From NCBI GenBank assembly GCA_963847185.1, contig CAWJYV010000002.1:111472-175471 (forward strand): DNA of 64,000 nucleotides, read 5' to 3'. The position numbers were made by a program, and so were the translations under genes. The notes under the pieces are model-generated. The model saw nothing but the letters and a program-made list of their open reading frames with translations, was not told the origin of the DNA and searched no databases. Positions 59,775-64,000 of this stretch are shown here, piece by piece. How positions within the stretch are numbered: position 1 is the first letter of the stretch; every line of letters begins with the position of its first letter. This stretch comes from an uncultured Methanosarcinaceae archaeon (GTDB lineage Archaea > Halobacteriota > Methanosarcinia > Methanosarcinales > Methanosarcinaceae).

Positions 59775-59869
59775 AATATATTTTTAAAAAACTGAGATTA
59801 TATATATTCAAGAATTAAAAAGTACGTACAGAAATGAAAAAAAGAATAAAGAAAAAAAGGTTGAAAAAA

Positions 59870-60410
59870 TTACAGCCCTTCTTTCTTACGTCCGAATATA
59901 AAAACTAGTCCAATCATAGCTGCAACAGGAAGGGCAACTGTTGGGAATTCAGGAATTGAGCTAATTATCCTAGAAGACATACTGATGTCTCTATAGTATC
60001 CGATACCATTGTATGAAGCTCCGACTTTTATTGAATATGATGCACCTTCCGCTGCGTTTTCATCTAGATGGACTGTAATATGGCGAGTGTCAATATAACT
60101 AGTTGATGTTGGTTTGAATGCACCATTTGAACTGTAATTGATATTTGGACCTGTATTGGCACGGTGTCTGGTGATTGCAGAATATTACATCCTTTATCCA
60201 AGTGAAATCTTTATCATACGTAGGATTGTGGAATCATGACGCTCCTAGATAAACAGTTATCTGTATCTCCAGTTCGAGCCTATTGGATTACTTATTATAT
60301 TCTGGCTTCCACCTGATGGGGAGTATAAATTTCGCACTGAAAGCCATTGCAGATCCGGCCATACAAGCGATTAATAAACCGCTCACTAATAATAATAACA
60401 TTTTTTTCAT
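59870..60410 (-). pseudogene. PEF-CTERM sorting-domain surface protein, frameshifted near 60185
   Basis: N-term MKKMLLLLVSG; C-term IPEFPTVALPVAAMIGLVFIFGRKKEGL*; the 3' frame is closed upstream by TAA at about 60186. Confidence 0.8.
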
Positions 60411-61590
60411 AAATTATACCCCTACTTTCCAGATTTTTACTCCACTTTTATCGGAAAGTCGTTTAAACTGGACATTATAAAATATTTAATCTTGGAGGGA
60501 TCCAAAAAAAGTTAATATTTTCCTGGAATACTCAAAAATTTGCATTTCTGCTTCTCAAGTAATTACACTGCGTACATCTAGGTTTCTTTATACATAGACA
60601 AGCCTGGGAAGCAGATATTGGGGAGCGAAGAGTATTCAGAAGAGAATACAAACAAATTAATGGATCCAGTCAATTTTAAATTAATCATTTTATAATGTCG
60701 ATTGATATATCTTTCAATAAATATATAAGGATGTGCAAACTAAATATATAAAAAAAGATGTCTGCTCTTATTGATACATAAACGAAGATAATTATAAAAA
60801 CAATAGATTACTAAAAATACAAAGATTCAGAATGTTAGACTTAAGATATGCTACAAAACAGCAGCTTATGAATATATATATACAAACTTTCCTGGATCAG
60901 GAACTTTGATTCGAATTTTTAAAAACATGTAAACTCAGAAAATATAGCTTTCGTACGAGAAAGTATATTGTTAGCATTAAGATAAATAATTAAATAATTT
61001 ATTTGGAAATTTAGAATAAATATCAAGTTAATATTTCAAAAGTCAGCAAATATCCGATATATAAAATAATAAACAGTTTAATAAGATTTTTGGTCGTGGG
61101 CATGAGTTATTGAAAAATGTAAGTATAAGAATCTCTCTATATTTATCTCAAACATGGAAGTTATACTCGCTTTTCGGAGTTGATCAATAACTCGCGTACA
61201 AGACCAAGATTTATTTTGAAAAAACTGAAAACAGGTAATGGGCATTAGTTATTAAAAATATAAGAAAGAATCTCTCTGCATTTCTATCAAATTCGAGAGA
61301 TGTATCGCTTTTTCGGAATTGATCAATAATCACGGACACGACCTGAAAATATAGCTTCAAGAATAAAGGGTAATTGGAAAAATAAATAAAATTTAAAATT
61401 GAATAAAAATGTAAAAATGAGAATTCATTTGTATTCGGTCAAACTACGAAATGAGTAATGTGTATTACTTCTTATGCCAATATCTAGTACTAAGGCCGGA
61501 AAATCATTATACATAGTATTCGAAGTTGTTTATAAAATTCGTATAATCGGATACAAATGAATCGAGAATATCAACTAAACCTTCTTTGTA

Positions 61591-64000
61591 TCAACCGGCA
61601 TGATCAACTACAAATGTAGTATTGCCTTTATTGATTCAGAATCCAGACCGTGCCTGTTACAGAAACTTTATGCTCTCCTTCATTTATTTCAGAATTAATT
61701 CTAGCTTTATAGAAGATAAGTCACCATCTGAGTACCCTAGATAAGTGACTTCAACGTCTTCATTAGCTGAAATTGATACTGAAGGCTCTATCTTTAATGC
61801 AATTGAAGAAGTGACTTTGATCTCCAGGTTTCCAACATCAATGGTTTTGGGATTTATTTCGATCTCAAAGTCAGGCAGAGAGTTATCAACTACGATTTCA
61901 CTCATAATTGATTTTGTATTTCCGTAAAAATCCGTACATATGGCTTCCACATAAAAGTGGTTTCCTTGATTTATTACATATCCACCTGTCCAGGTAACTC
62001 CATCAGAAGATGTCAGTTCGCCTGAATTCAGGTGATAAAACCATCCGGAGTGACCACACAGACAACTGCCTGAAGAGGTATGGTAGAGCTAACAGTAAAG
62101 TTTGTGGAGTTTTTACAGGGATTGGGAGAAATATCAAACATGATTTTGGGAGTTCCGGTATAGACTTGTGTCTGAGTGTCCGGAACTGCATGTACAGGTT
62201 CTTCGTTTCCGGAATTGTCAACTGCTTTTGAACGGAAGTAATAGGTCTGATTCTCTTCTCCGGTAAAGAAGGAAGAGTTGTCTGTAGTCTTTGGAATCCA
62301 GTTTTGCCAGTTAATTCCGTCTGTACTGGCATCTATGGAGTAGTAAGCAATTCCTGAACTATCATCAGTCCCATTCCAGGAGACATTAAAGGTTTTACTG
62401 TTCGTGTAAGCAGGAAGTGGATGCACAGTTGAAGTTGGGGGAACTGCTTCCAAAGTATTAGATTCTGCAGGATATGAAGAGAGATCTGCAAGAGACTTAA
62501 AGGAGATACTGTCCCAGAAGACTTCTACAGGGCTTGATTTCTCCATAAGTTTGATTCAAACCAAGTGTAAGGTTGTTGCTGCCTGCATGCAGAGAAACCG
62601 GGACTATAAGATGCTGCCAGTCTTTATTATCATTTACTTCCTTCTGTCCAGACAGTTGCTCCATTAACAGCAACATATTTTGTCTGAGCACCTGTTCCCT
62701 GGCTTGAATTGGAGATCACTTTTTACATATGCTGAGAGCAGAACCATAGTGTCCTCTTTACACTCTATATTTTGAGAGATTTCCCCATATTCCGGAAGGT
62801 CGGACAGATTTCCTTCATATGAATTTGCTATCCTGTATGCAAAGGAAGAATTTATTCCTGAATTATTTACATATGAGCCTGTAATTTTGTCAGTATTTGA
62901 AGTAAACTCCCAGCCTGTTGAGAGTTCCATCTCTCCATTTTCAATTGCAGGAACTTCAGCATACTTTTGCTGGTCTATATAATCAATGGTATTATTATTT
63001 TCTATATACAGATGGACAGATCTGTAGGGAGAGTAATCTGGCTTTTCTTTAAAGAGCGCAAATTCAAGTTTAGACCTTCCAGTCTTCAATTTTTCGCGCG
63101 TATATGTCATATCTCTTCTGCCAGGTTTCTCCATTCTTTAAGAAGATATTCAGCTCCTCGATTACCTCATCATCAGCTTTCATCTGGAGGATATAGTTTA
63201 CATCCTGAAGCTCATGATTTTCAATTCCAACTGTAACATTAAGAGGAACATCAATCAAGCTCTCTGTGGGATAGCCTTCGGCTTTTCCATCCGGTCCAAG
63301 AAGATAAAGCATTGTGAAAGTTTCCTTTTCTCGAGTCATTTTGGCATATGCAAGCATTCCACTTGCAATTATTATTGAACCTATAAGAGCAATTATCAGA
63401 GCCTTTTCAATTTCCGGAGGTAAAGGCTTCTTTTGATCACTATTTCAGGCTGATATTTTAAACCCTTTGCTTTAACTTTACTTCTTGACCTGTGAAAACG
63501 CCTTTTTTCAACAGGAAGAGGTGTTATATCCTCTAATTCATTGCTATCTGCGGATTCTAAGCCTTTTATCAAGCTCATCTGACTTGAGATCTTTTATGAA
63601 TTCTTTAAAGGAAAAAGAAAACTGCTCATTTTCATCCAGAAGCTTTCGTGTAAAAAGTGCAAGTCATACTGAAAAACGCAGTTATTCCAATAATAGATAT
63701 AACAATAGGGGCAGGACGATAGCCCCAGGGAAGCAGACTTATCAAAAATCCATCAAAAACTGTAAGTACAAGACTGAAGCCAACACTTAAAGTAAAACGT
63801 TCTATCCCACTGATTTCTTTTTTTCCGGGGAAAAGTGCAGATATAAAGGCGTAACCCGGAATAAAAAAGAAAAGAGACAACGCAAGGGGAATTTTGAGAA
63901 AAGTTTCATTGAATGGAGGAACAAGTACAAACACAGCCCCCAAACACGATAAGAGAGTGACTGCAAGTAAATCGTCTACATAAATACATTTTTTAAGAGA
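61591..64000 (-). pseudogene. DUF1616-domain membrane/surface protein with Ig/FN3-like C-terminal region, many frameshifts; start beyond window
   Basis: FFIPGYAF..ALFP, ERFTLSVGFS, FTMLYLLGPDGKAEGYP, VGIENHE split over at least seven ORF fragments; last frame ends FVVDHAG*. Confidence 0.82.

Overview
Archaeal window that looks like a Methanosarcina sp. chromosome, judged from the fpoABCDHIJ1J2KLMNO operon, PKD/YVTN surface proteins, PEF-CTERM proteins and archaeal r-protein clusters. Core blocks are trkAH, two flavin reductase + ferredoxin pairs around cofC-cofH-cofH-cofG, the F420H2 dehydrogenase operon, tRNA-Leu x2/rpoD-rps11-rps4-rps13/tRNA-Ser/cbf5/cmk, and the S10-spc ribosomal cluster. 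There are two accessory regions. The first (about 21-35 kb) lies between fpoO and tRNA-Leu. It holds a tandem array of four secreted proteins with different N-terminal cargo (papain-like protease, TolB-like propeller, YVTN propeller, decayed YVTN-PKD), all ending in a near-identical dockerin. These are followed directly by a cohesin + 9xPKD scaffold gene, which suggests a modular, cellulosome-like archaeal surface-display locus. Its cassettes are separated by decayed copies of the fpoO 3' end and terminator. The second (about 58-64 kb) holds decayed PEF-CTERM and DUF1616 surface genes. Other points: cofG appears to need an ATT start, a REP-like repeat occurs four times, rpl3 and fpoA have long structured leaders, and frameshifts are confined to accessory genes. 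All assignments come from reading motifs by eye; no database searches were run.
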